Below are positions 26,195-34,951 of a stretch of DNA of 64,000 bases, piece by piece. Source of the stretch: Myxococcota bacterium (GTDB lineage Bacteria > Myxococcota > UBA727 > JAHDBA01). The notes below the pieces were generated by a model, which was given only the letters and a program-made list of their open reading frames with translations, was not told the DNA's origin and did no database searches. The stretch spans positions 4,994-68,993 of the forward strand of contig JAHDBA010000013.1 of the NCBI GenBank assembly GCA_020630615.1. Reading direction: 5' to 3'. Numbering within the stretch: position 1 is the stretch's first letter; each line of letters starts with the position of its first letter. Position numbers and translations under genes: made by a program.

Positions 26195-28333
26195 ATGCTC
26201 AAAATCTCAGATAATGTTATATCCTCGCCATTGCGGCAAACCTGTCGTCTCCATCCTACACTTTTTTGCATTGTGCTTCGGGTAATCTTTTCGCTCAGCA
26301 CAACCACGAGTTGGGCTAGCACTGAAGTCTGTCAGAAAATTGAGTTCAATCGTACATGGAATGCTTTTGTGCGTTCGGGTGTCCTTTATCACAACGCAAT
26401 GTGCGGTGGCACACATGACGAAATTGTCACCGCCGGGTCAACTTGCCCTGTCGGATGTCGTGCCAGAAATCTCGAGAATCTCTTGGCGCAAAGGTCGAAA
26501 CAAGACGCCGATCACATTCTGTCTTCTTGGTTCGAAGTCCTAACCTCCAACGATGCACTTGAAAGCGATCGAAAGCAAGATAAGGAAGCGCGCGCGCGTC
26601 TCTTGGCTCGTGTTCTGAAGGACCCAAAGCTCAATGCAGCACAACGAAAGACCATCCGTTCTCTGCTTTACGGAAAACTCGCGTCGACCTATGCGTCTCG
26701 AGTGTATTTCAAAGCAATGGGCGAAAAAGGAGCTCATAAAAACCCGGAAACGGTTTTGGAACGTGTCCGTGATTTCGCAGGCGCGCACCAAAACACGAGT
26801 GTCATTGAGCTCGTGCGTAGTGAGGCCCCGCGCCGATGGACATCCAGCGACTTTGATTGTGAAATGCAGTATTGGCTAGGACGAACCTACCGTAAAAAAC
26901 GAAAATACAATCCCGCCGAGGAGAACCTTCGTGCCGTCGTAGAACGTTGTGCTGAACCATGGAAAAAAAAGGCTGGATTTCATCGAGCCAGAGTTACGAG
27001 TTATCGGCGCAAAACCAATTATTCCATTCTGCACAACTTCGTAAAAACATACCCAAATGACAGCTTAAGTGATGATGTTTTAATTTGGACCGCTAAATCC
27101 TATCTTGACGAAGGACGAACAAAAGATGCACTCAAAATTTTCAAACGTGTCGTTGATGAATACCCGCAAGGGGACCAAAGCAACTATGCTCGATTTCAGT
27201 TTGCGTTCAGAAATGCAACGATTGGCCAAAGAAGCCTTGCACTTGAAACCTTAGCCCAGGGGCTACAACTGGACGCACACCACGTTAAAGTGCTTGAGCA
27301 TGATCAATGGCGATACTGGCATGGACGATTGCTCGCGTTTCCAAGACTCGATACCTTTGAAATCAATGCACTCGACGAGGAAGCCTTTCGCGGGTTGTGT
27401 GAACTTCAGAATCTCGCACAGGAGCGCTCCTTTTCATTTTACGGAACTTTAGCAGAGAACCTTCTTGCTCAAGTCGCGAAGAGCCAGGCCTCGATTTTAC
27501 AAACCTGCCCGGATGCTGCCAATTCTGCGGGGGGCTTCGCAAAGTCGTTCTGGGAAAAGCGTCGAGAGAGAACGCAGAAGGGTGCTTCCAATGCTCTGAA
27601 AGAGCAGAGCAAAACATTGGAAGACCTTGGTCTTCACCGACTTGCTCAAGAAACAAAGGAGGCTCTCAAGTCCCAAATTGATATTCAAGGTGTTCAACAA
27701 ACGGCACATGCACAACAACAAAGAGGTGACCTTGGGCGTGCACACCGAACGATGCGAAATGCAGGTTTTGCGCTCTTGCCGGGTAGCCCCGCAGCAGAAC
27801 GTTGGAGAAGCAGTGGCCATGCCAATCCCTGGGCTCTCGCTTACCCTTTGGCGTATCAAAAGGAACTCCACAGTGCGGCGCGTGCAATCGATTTGGATCC
27901 ACTCCTTATTCAGTCGATCGCTCGAGAAGAGAGTGCATTCAATCCAGTTGTCACGTCATGGGCAGGTGCGCTAGGGCTTTGTCAGTTGATGCCGGCCACA
28001 GCACGTGAAGAGGCCAAGCGCGCAAAGATTCAATACGACACCGATGAGGACCTCAAAGAGCCTAGCCTGAACGCTCAGCTCGGTGCCAATCATCTGGCAC
28101 GTCGAATGCGCCAACTGAAGCATCCTTTTCTAGCAACCGCTGCTTACAATGCTGGGCCGGGCAACGTGAAAAAATGGAGAACATCTGCGTTTCCGAAAAC
28201 CCTTGATGCCTGGGTTGAAAGTATTCCGGTCAGCCAAACTCGTGGCTATGTTAAAAAGGTAATGGGTAGCTGGTCGGTCTATCGAAAGATGTACGGTGAC
28301 CCGGACAGCTCATTTCCAATGCTATTGCCTTAA
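26195..28333 (+). CDS. slt: soluble lytic murein transglycosylase (Slt70-like: helical repeat region plus C-terminal SLT domain)
   Basis: C-terminal motifs: IQSIAREESAFNPVVTSWAGALGLCQLMPATA, AAYNAGPGNVKKW. The N-terminal ~450 aa is helical and repeat-like. The start codon is uncertain. Confidence 0.85.
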   Translation: MLKISDNVISSPLRQTCRLHPTLFCIVLRVIFSLSTTTSWASTEVCQKIEFNRTWNAFVRSGVLYHNAMCGGTHDEIVTAGSTCPVGCRARNLENLLAQRSKQDADHILSSWFEVLTSNDALESDRKQDKEARARLLARVLKDPKLNAAQRKTIRSLLYGKLASTYASRVYFKAMGEKGAHKNPETVLERVRDFAGAHQNTSVIELVRSEAPRRWTSSDFDCEMQYWLGRTYRKKRKYNPAEENLRAVVERCAEPWKKKAGFHRARVTSYRRKTNYSILHNFVKTYPNDSLSDDVLIWTAKSYLDEGRTKDALKIFKRVVDEYPQGDQSNYARFQFAFRNATIGQRSLALETLAQGLQLDAHHVKVLEHDQWRYWHGRLLAFPRLDTFEINALDEEAFRGLCELQNLAQERSFSFYGTLAENLLAQVAKSQASILQTCPDAANSAGGFAKSFWEKRRERTQKGASNALKEQSKTLEDLGLHRLAQETKEALKSQIDIQGVQQTAHAQQQRGDLGRAHRTMRNAGFALLPGSPAAERWRSSGHANPWALAYPLAYQKELHSAARAIDLDPLLIQSIAREESAFNPVVTSWAGALGLCQLMPATAREEAKRAKIQYDTDEDLKEPSLNAQLGANHLARRMRQLKHPFLATAAYNAGPGNVKKWRTSAFPKTLDAWVESIPVSQTRGYVKKVMGSWSVYRKMYGDPDSSFPMLLP

Positions 28334-28463
28334 AGCGTTAAGGAACAACGCTCAGCATTTAATTCGAACGAATCCAAAAACGTTGGTACCCTATCCTTTC
28401 GGCATGCAGGCAAAGTTAAATTCTAGCTTTGCCGACGTGAGTTTAGGGCGCTAGTCTCTGCCT

Positions 28464-30203
28464 ATGATTCAAGAAAGACTTACGACATTACGCCGACATA
28501 TGATGGACCAGAAGCTTGATATCCTGGTCGTTCGTTCAACCGATGAATATCTGAACGAGTATGTGCCTAAGGCCACGAGTCTTCGCGCCTATATTACCAA
28601 TTTTACGGGCTCTGTGGGTGATGCGCTTATTACAAACGATGCCGCCTTTCTTTTTGTGGATGGCCGCTATCGACTTCAGGGTGCCGAGGAGGCTCGTGAC
28701 TACGATGTCACCGTTACCGATATGAACACTTCGATCGAGGATGCTTTGCTTTCAAAGCTTGGTGCACTTGCAAAGGACTCCTCTCGAATCGGCATTGAAA
28801 CCTTTGCGATCCCTTCAAAACTCTATTCTCGTTTCGAAGAATGCGCCGCACAATGCAAAGCAACTCTTGTACCTACGATTCCATCGCTCGTCGCCAAAGT
28901 GCGCGAAGAACGCAAAGAAGCACCAGCACCAGCCAAGGGAAAGATCTGGGCGGTCGGTTCACACCTCACAGGTCAAAGCGTTAAAGAACGTATTGCAAGT
29001 CTCGCCACCTCTTTTCAAAAGGACGGCGTCGACGGCTATGTTTGTATTCCATTGGATGAAATAGCGTGGCTCTGCAACCTTCGCTCGGATACCTTTCCTT
29101 TTCAGGCGACCTTCCCATCGCAGGCCATTGTTACTCAAGATCGTGTCGAGCTTAAAGTGCGGGATGACATTCTAAAAGACGTACACTACGAAGATACCAT
29201 ACGAGCATCTTCTCAAGATTTTGGCTCAAGATTTCAAAAAGGCTGCGTGATTGGTTACGATCCGTCCTCGACGCCTCAGTCCGTGGTTGATGAACTCAAC
29301 AACGCGGGCATTGCAACGCAAGAGTGTGCTTCACCATGGATGCAGCTCCGAGCACAAAAGAATTGCACTGAACTTGCACATATGTCGAATGCCTTTCGTC
29401 GTGCTGACGCTTCAGTGGCACAACTTCAACGCTGGCTTGCCACCAATATTGAAGCCGGAGAACACATTACCGAACTCGACGTCGCCAAGCGTATGGAGTC
29501 CATCTTCAAAGAAACTGGTGCCTGGGGACTCTCTTTTAATGTGATCTCAGGCTCGAATGCGAACGGGGCCATCATTCATTATGGTTCACCTGACAACACC
29601 CGCGCCCTCAAAGAAGAGGACTATTATCTATTGGACACGGGTGCATACTATGAAGGTGCCTACGCAACCGACCTTACACGCTCATTCGTTGTCAGTCGCA
29701 GGCCCGGAATCGTGATCGATGAACGCTACAAGAGAATGTTCACCTTGGTTCTGAAGGCTTCGATTGCAGGGATGTCAGCTCGGGTGCCCAAAGGGACAAA
29801 GGGTGAACAGCTTGACGCTATCGTTCGAGCCCCGATGTGGCGTGCGGGATTCGACTATACGCATGGCACAGGGCATGGCGTTGGTGTAAATGTCCATGAG
29901 TTCCCGCCACGTATTTCGACGGGCTCGCGTGCAGAGATTAAACCTGGGCACGTGTTTTCGATCGAGCCGGGCTATTACGAGGCGGGTGCTTTTGGGATCC
30001 GAATCGAAAATCTATGTATGTGTGTGGTCGATCCAGACGACGATACCTTTCTACGCATCAAGCCACTGACCTTTTCGCCCTTGGATGAGCGCCTTATTGT
30101 AGACGACATGTTAAGCGCTCATGAAAGGAATTTCCTTGAGTGGTTTCGCGCTGGATTTGAGATTGAAGACCGCCTTGCGTATTCGTTGCCGCCGCTAAGT
30201 TAG
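28464..30203 (+). CDS. Xaa-Pro aminopeptidase (M24B), long three-domain form
   Basis: 579 aa. Metal-ligand motifs: DTGAYYEGAYATDLTR, HGTGHGVGVNVHEFP, SIEPGYY, IRIENL. The C-terminal PLTFSPLDERLI...L...ERNFLEWF resembles the M24 C-terminal domain of eukaryote-type APP1. Confidence 0.9.
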   Translation: MIQERLTTLRRHMMDQKLDILVVRSTDEYLNEYVPKATSLRAYITNFTGSVGDALITNDAAFLFVDGRYRLQGAEEARDYDVTVTDMNTSIEDALLSKLGALAKDSSRIGIETFAIPSKLYSRFEECAAQCKATLVPTIPSLVAKVREERKEAPAPAKGKIWAVGSHLTGQSVKERIASLATSFQKDGVDGYVCIPLDEIAWLCNLRSDTFPFQATFPSQAIVTQDRVELKVRDDILKDVHYEDTIRASSQDFGSRFQKGCVIGYDPSSTPQSVVDELNNAGIATQECASPWMQLRAQKNCTELAHMSNAFRRADASVAQLQRWLATNIEAGEHITELDVAKRMESIFKETGAWGLSFNVISGSNANGAIIHYGSPDNTRALKEEDYYLLDTGAYYEGAYATDLTRSFVVSRRPGIVIDERYKRMFTLVLKASIAGMSARVPKGTKGEQLDAIVRAPMWRAGFDYTHGTGHGVGVNVHEFPPRISTGSRAEIKPGHVFSIEPGYYEAGAFGIRIENLCMCVVDPDDDTFLRIKPLTFSPLDERLIVDDMLSAHERNFLEWFRAGFEIEDRLAYSLPPLS

Positions 30204-30238
30204 TTAAAGTTTCAGGACGCTTGTAACCTTTGTAAGCG

Positions 30239-30826
30239 TCAAGGACAGCGCTTAAAAAACCAAAGCCCAATCATGATCGCTTCAGCCTCATCATCTCGCA
30301 TCGGCGTGCTTTTAAGCACACCGGATGATTTCGCAACTTCGACTGCGTAGGCAATTGCGGCTGCTTTCGCATCGACGCCACTGCGTTGTTCGCGTGGTTT
30401 TAACATCTGCGAACGCCATACTTCAGGGGCAACGGCCAAGACGAGAATCCCAAGTTTTCGTGCAGCTCCATGCCAATAGCTTGCAAGTTGTCTATCGCCT
30501 TCAGTAACAATGTGAGTTACGCCTTCAATCTCTCCAAGAATCCCATAGACTTTCTGTTTAAGAACTCGTTTTTTTGAAAAACGTGTTGAACGGTATGCGA
30601 TCAACTCACCTGAGGAATCGAACCAGGCTAGCCCATGCCTTAAGCCAAGGTCGATAGCCAACACCTTTCCATACCTTCTTTGCCGCACATCATTGCCCTG
30701 GTCTTCCTTGATTTGCACCGCGCTCTCAGAGTTCTCGTCCCTTGCGCTTTTGACGCGCCTGGCCTCCGCTTCAAATCTTGGTCTCCAGCTCATTCTTAAA
30801 GCATATCGACCGAAACAGCTTTGCAC
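30239..30826 (-). CDS. hypothetical RNase H-fold / RuvC-like nuclease-family protein
   Basis: VLAIDLGLRHGLAWFD (first acidic motif), THIVTEGD, and C-terminal RDDEAEAIMIGLWF recall RuvC/YqgF-type carboxylate placement. The start is uncertain (30826 or 30793). Confidence 0.4.
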   Translation of the reverse strand: MQSCFGRYALRMSWRPRFEAEARRVKSARDENSESAVQIKEDQGNDVRQRRYGKVLAIDLGLRHGLAWFDSSGELIAYRSTRFSKKRVLKQKVYGILGEIEGVTHIVTEGDRQLASYWHGAARKLGILVLAVAPEVWRSQMLKPREQRSGVDAKAAAIAYAVEVAKSSGVLKSTPMRDDEAEAIMIGLWFFKRCP

Positions 30827-30854
30827 AGGTCATCCTTCCAACTATCCTCTACTT

Positions 30855-32474
30855 ATGAAACGAAAAGCTCCTTTGGTTCAACTCATACTGGATGGTGTCG
30901 GAATTGGTCGTGGCGACAGCTTCGACGCATGGGCACAGGCAAAGACTCCGACTTGCGATGCGCTCTTCGCTGCACAAGAACATGCGTGCTCCCTTTTTGC
31001 CCACGGACACTACGTTGGCTTACCATCCAATAAAGACCTCGGGAACAGTGAGGTCGGTCATAACGCACTTGGTGCGGGTCGCATCGTTGCACAAGGCGCA
31101 ACACTTGTGGCAGATGCAATTGCAAATGAAACCATTACACATGGCAAAGGTTGGGCACACCTTCGGCAAGGCTTTTCCAATACGCTTCATTTTTTAGGAC
31201 TCCTCTCCGACGGGAACATTCATTCCCATATTGAACATCTTTTTGCCTTGAGTCGCTTCGCCAAGCGCGATGGAGCACAAAGGATTCGCTATCATGTACT
31301 CCTTGATGGGCGTGATGTTCCTGATCGCTCTGCGCTGACTTACATCGAGAAACTTGAGCGCTTTTGTCGAGAGCTTCGTGACGCCGGGTGTGATGCACGC
31401 ATCGCATCGGGAGGCGGGCGTATGCATGTCACGATGGATCGATACGAGGCGGATTGGAAGATCGTCAAACGTGGATACGACGCACACATTCTTGGGCAAG
31501 CCGAGCATTCCTTTCAAAGCGCCGGTAGCGCTTTGACACATTTTTATAAGGACTCGACGATGTCCGATCAGTACCTTCCTGCTTTCGTCATTTGCGATGA
31601 TGGAGCACCGGTTGGCAGAATGCAGGATGGCGACGCCCTTTGTTGTTTCAATTTTCGAGGCGATCGCGTGATTGAAATTTCACGCGCGCTTGAAGAAAGT
31701 ACCTTCCATGAATTTGAGCGTGGTCGACACCCTCAAATTTACTACGCAGGATTGATGCAATACGATGGAGACTTGGCTCTCCCCAGCAATTACCTCGTCT
31801 CGCCCCCGGTCATAAACCAAACCTCAGGTGAGTTGATCGTCAGGGCTGGGCTCTCAACTTTCGCAACTTCGGAGACCCATAAATTTGGACACGTGACCTA
31901 TTTTTGGAATGGAAATCGCTCGGGAAAGATTGATGAGGAGCTCGAAGAATATTATGAAGTGCCATCGCTTTCTTCAAGTTTTAAAGACGCTCCCGAAATG
32001 CGTGCAGCAGAAATTTCACAAGAGCTTTGCGCCGCCATTGAGCGTCAAGAGTTTGATTACCTACGAGCCAATATCGCGAACGGTGACATGATTGGGCACA
32101 CCGGAAGTTTATCGCACACCATTCAAGCTTGCGAACACGTCGATGCTGCGGTCGCTCGGATACAATCAAAAGTAAGAGAAGCGAAGGGGATATTAATGGT
32201 CACCGCAGACCACGGTAACTGTGATGATATGGTACTCAGAGACACATCCGGTAACGCAATATACAATGAAGAGGGCGAAGCGATCGGTCGAACCTCGCAC
32301 ACATTGGCAAAAGTACCCTTCGCACTTTGGAGCAAGGACATCGATCGCATTCCAAAACTCAACTCGACTTTGAAGGATGCCGGTCTTGCGAATGTTACAT
32401 CCACTGTCCTACATCTCTTAAATGTTCAGAGGCCTAGTGATTATGCGGATAGCCTTTTGGAAGATCAGGAGTAA
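30855..32474 (+). CDS. gpmI: 2,3-bisphosphoglycerate-independent phosphoglycerate mutase
   Basis: Starts at ATG 30855 (MKRKAPLVQLILDGVGIG). Motifs: NSEVGHNALGAGR, LLSDGNIHSH, VTADHGN. 539 aa. Confidence 0.95.
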   Translation: MKRKAPLVQLILDGVGIGRGDSFDAWAQAKTPTCDALFAAQEHACSLFAHGHYVGLPSNKDLGNSEVGHNALGAGRIVAQGATLVADAIANETITHGKGWAHLRQGFSNTLHFLGLLSDGNIHSHIEHLFALSRFAKRDGAQRIRYHVLLDGRDVPDRSALTYIEKLERFCRELRDAGCDARIASGGGRMHVTMDRYEADWKIVKRGYDAHILGQAEHSFQSAGSALTHFYKDSTMSDQYLPAFVICDDGAPVGRMQDGDALCCFNFRGDRVIEISRALEESTFHEFERGRHPQIYYAGLMQYDGDLALPSNYLVSPPVINQTSGELIVRAGLSTFATSETHKFGHVTYFWNGNRSGKIDEELEEYYEVPSLSSSFKDAPEMRAAEISQELCAAIERQEFDYLRANIANGDMIGHTGSLSHTIQACEHVDAAVARIQSKVREAKGILMVTADHGNCDDMVLRDTSGNAIYNEEGEAIGRTSHTLAKVPFALWSKDIDRIPKLNSTLKDAGLANVTSTVLHLLNVQRPSDYADSLLEDQE

Positions 32475-32477
32475 ACC

Positions 32478-33212
32478 ATGAGCGTCTCCGATAGAATCTT
32501 ACAGGTTGGTGCTGAACTTTCATTTGAGTGCAATCGACTCATCAATCAATTTGAATGTGCTCATGTCTACAATCCTCTTGACTATGCCTGGGACGTTTAC
32601 GCAGATTACGTGCGAAAGTATGCGAACAGCCAGAAAAGAGTACTCTTCATGGGAATGAACCCTGGCCCTTGGGGAATGGCTCAAAACGGGGTTCCATTTG
32701 GCGAAATCTCCGCAGTCCAAAACTGGCTCAAGCTAAAAGGCACTATTCGAAAACCCATAGATGAACACCCCAAACGACCAATACAAGGATGGGATTGCCC
32801 TCGGTCTGAAGTCTCCGGTCGACGATTTTGGGGCATGCTTGAAGATCACTTCGAAAATTCGCAGTCTTTTTTTCAACACGCGTGGGTCGTCAACTACTGT
32901 CCACTTCTCTTTCTTGAAGAAAGCGGACGCAATCTGACGCCTGACAAAGTAAAAGGTCATGCCATCGACGAAGCGTTAGCCCATGCTTCGAACCATCTTG
33001 AACACGTTGTTGATATTCTTGACCCCGAAGTTGTCGTTGGGGTCGGTCGATGGGCTCAAAAACAAGCGCGAAAAACATTAGCCAATTTTAATGGCCATAT
33101 TGAGACGCTATTGCACCCCAGTCCTGCGAGCCCAGCAGCCAATCGAGGTTGGGCACGACAGGCGAAAGAACAACTCGTGAAGATGGGACTCAACGAATTT
33201 GGTGACAAGTGA
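32478..33212 (+). CDS. single-strand-selective monofunctional uracil-DNA glycosylase (SMUG1 family, UDG family 3)
   Basis: Nearly colinear with human SMUG1 as I recall it: LFMGMNPGPWGMAQNGVPFGE (human [21 protein letters not shown]), HPKRPIQGWDC.RSEVSGRRFWG, NYCPLLFLEESGRNLTP, LLHPSPASPAANRGW. Confidence 0.9.
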   Translation: MSVSDRILQVGAELSFECNRLINQFECAHVYNPLDYAWDVYADYVRKYANSQKRVLFMGMNPGPWGMAQNGVPFGEISAVQNWLKLKGTIRKPIDEHPKRPIQGWDCPRSEVSGRRFWGMLEDHFENSQSFFQHAWVVNYCPLLFLEESGRNLTPDKVKGHAIDEALAHASNHLEHVVDILDPEVVVGVGRWAQKQARKTLANFNGHIETLLHPSPASPAANRGWARQAKEQLVKMGLNEFGDK

Positions 33213-33223
33213 ATTGAAGCAGT

Positions 33224-34063
33224 CTAGCCGCGGATCCCCTGTTGTTGTAGCCCGGGAACCTTTCGGGCCTCAAGCCCTTCCCCTCCAATACTGCGATGCA
33301 AATCATGGACCGCACTCTCTATCGCTGCATGCAAGGAAACAACACTGTCAAATGTCTTGGATTCTATTGGAGCGCCTGCACGAATTTTAACCTTGGCGGG
33401 CCGCATTGCCATGTTGCGTGCAGAGCGAACATCACACATGCCTTCAATTGCAACAGGAATAACCGGGACTCCTGCCTCTAACGCAAGGTGAGTTACCCCT
33501 TTCTTAAAAGGGAGCATCGTACGCTGTGTTGAGCGCGTTCCTTCCGGAAAGATAATTACCGATTGCCCCTCACGAATCCGTCGTGTGGCGAACTCCATTG
33601 ATGCGATTGCAGAAGCTTTGTTGCCACGATCGACAAAAACCATACCCATTTCATCGGTGTACCAGCCCAGAAAGGGGATTTTTCGAAGTTCGTTCTTGAG
33701 AACAAAGACAATATTTTGTGGAATCTCACGAAACACAAGCGCAATATCAATCATCGATTGATGATTCACTGCGTAGATATAAGGCCTTGCCCTATCAATC
33801 GAGTCAAAACCAAACGACTCGATCTTTGCCCCTGTAAAAAAGAGCAAGGGTGGTGCCCATATCCTTCGTGCCATTTGCAAGGGTACATTTGTTGACCCAG
33901 TGATGAGCTTTACAACTATTGCGATAACAACCCACAACGCAGTCCACAAAGCAAGAAAACAATATTGAAGTACGTTAATGAGCGACCATAAAACAAAAAC
34001 GATCGTGCCTTCTCTACGAACTCGAAGTCGAGTATCGGTACTCATAAAACGAAAGTCATTCAT
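33224..34063 (-). CDS. plsC: 1-acyl-sn-glycerol-3-phosphate acyltransferase family protein
   Basis: HX4D motif (VNHQSMIDI), FPEGTRS, an N-terminal TM region, and VPVIPVAI. Confidence 0.85.
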   Translation of the reverse strand: MNDFRFMSTDTRLRVRREGTIVFVLWSLINVLQYCFLALWTALWVVIAIVVKLITGSTNVPLQMARRIWAPPLLFFTGAKIESFGFDSIDRARPYIYAVNHQSMIDIALVFREIPQNIVFVLKNELRKIPFLGWYTDEMGMVFVDRGNKASAIASMEFATRRIREGQSVIIFPEGTRSTQRTMLPFKKGVTHLALEAGVPVIPVAIEGMCDVRSARNMAMRPAKVKIRAGAPIESKTFDSVVSLHAAIESAVHDLHRSIGGEGLEARKVPGLQQQGIRG

Positions 34064-34144
34064 AATGAGAGTCTAGTCCGAAGAATTGTCAATCAACAAG
34101 TTCTTTCGCAACTGAGGGTTTGACGCGGATCGCAATGCTGAGAT

Positions 34145-34933
34145 TCATTGATGCTGAGTCGCTTGACTCTTCGTATCGATGTCAGCATCAATATTGACAC
34201 CTTGCCCGTCGTGAATTTTCGTAGCCTCATCATAGAGCTTCTCAACTGCCTGCTGGTATCGCTCGGTCGCTTCTTCTACACTCAAACTTGGGTCGTAGGG
34301 AATCGGGTCGCCAATGACAAGCGTACATTTCGCAGAGTTCATCTTAAGACTGCCCGAAGGCAAAACATCTCGCACACCTGCAACAGCCATGGGTACAACA
34401 GGACAATTCACGATTGCATTGAGGTGCGCTGCACCTTTCTTAAATGGCAGTATTTGATCACTTTTCGCACGCCCACCTTCAGGGTAAATCATGATCGAAT
34501 GTCCGTCCTCGAGACCGTCTGCAAAAGCGCGCATTTGCTTATTCACTTTTGGGTCCCCACGCTTGACGAACATCATCCCCATCGCAGCACAATACCAGCC
34601 AATGAAAGGCACTTTGCGAAGGGCGTTTTTGAGCAAGAATGCAAGTGGCCGCCCGAGGACTCCGTAGACAATCGGGATGTCCATCATCGACTGATGATTC
34701 ATCATGAAGAGGTAGGAACGCTCCGGGTCGAGCTTTCCATGCTCTATTACCTGAACGTTGGCTGGACCTGCCCACAAGATAAAAGGAGCCCATATCTTTC
34801 CAGGGATTTGTGCACCCAATGCACGCGCTCGCTCACTGGGTATCAAAAGTAAAGGACAAGCAATGCTCCCACAAAGAGCGCTCCAAAGTGCGAGCGCCAA
34901 CCATTGCAGACTGCTTGTAACAATTTGAATCAT
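34145..34933 (-). CDS. plsC: 1-acyl-sn-glycerol-3-phosphate acyltransferase family protein (tandem paralog)
   Basis: MNHQSMMDIP (HX4D), YPEGGRA, CPVVPMAV. Same architecture as 33224..34063. Confidence 0.85.
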   Translation of the reverse strand: MIQIVTSSLQWLALALWSALCGSIACPLLLIPSERARALGAQIPGKIWAPFILWAGPANVQVIEHGKLDPERSYLFMMNHQSMMDIPIVYGVLGRPLAFLLKNALRKVPFIGWYCAAMGMMFVKRGDPKVNKQMRAFADGLEDGHSIMIYPEGGRAKSDQILPFKKGAAHLNAIVNCPVVPMAVAGVRDVLPSGSLKMNSAKCTLVIGDPIPYDPSLSVEEATERYQQAVEKLYDEATKIHDGQGVNIDADIDTKSQATQHQ

Positions 34934-34951
34934 AATACTATGATTAGAGCA

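Noticed and set aside
26525-26545. T-loop-like ggttcgaagtcc string as a hint of a tRNA
   Set aside because: It lies inside the Slt coding frame, and I could not build a cloverleaf around it. No intergenic gap in the window showed tRNA features.
34148-34852. 234-aa plus-strand ORF
   Set aside because: It is antisense to the plsC paralog 34145..34933, which has clear HX4D and PEG motifs. Shadow ORF.
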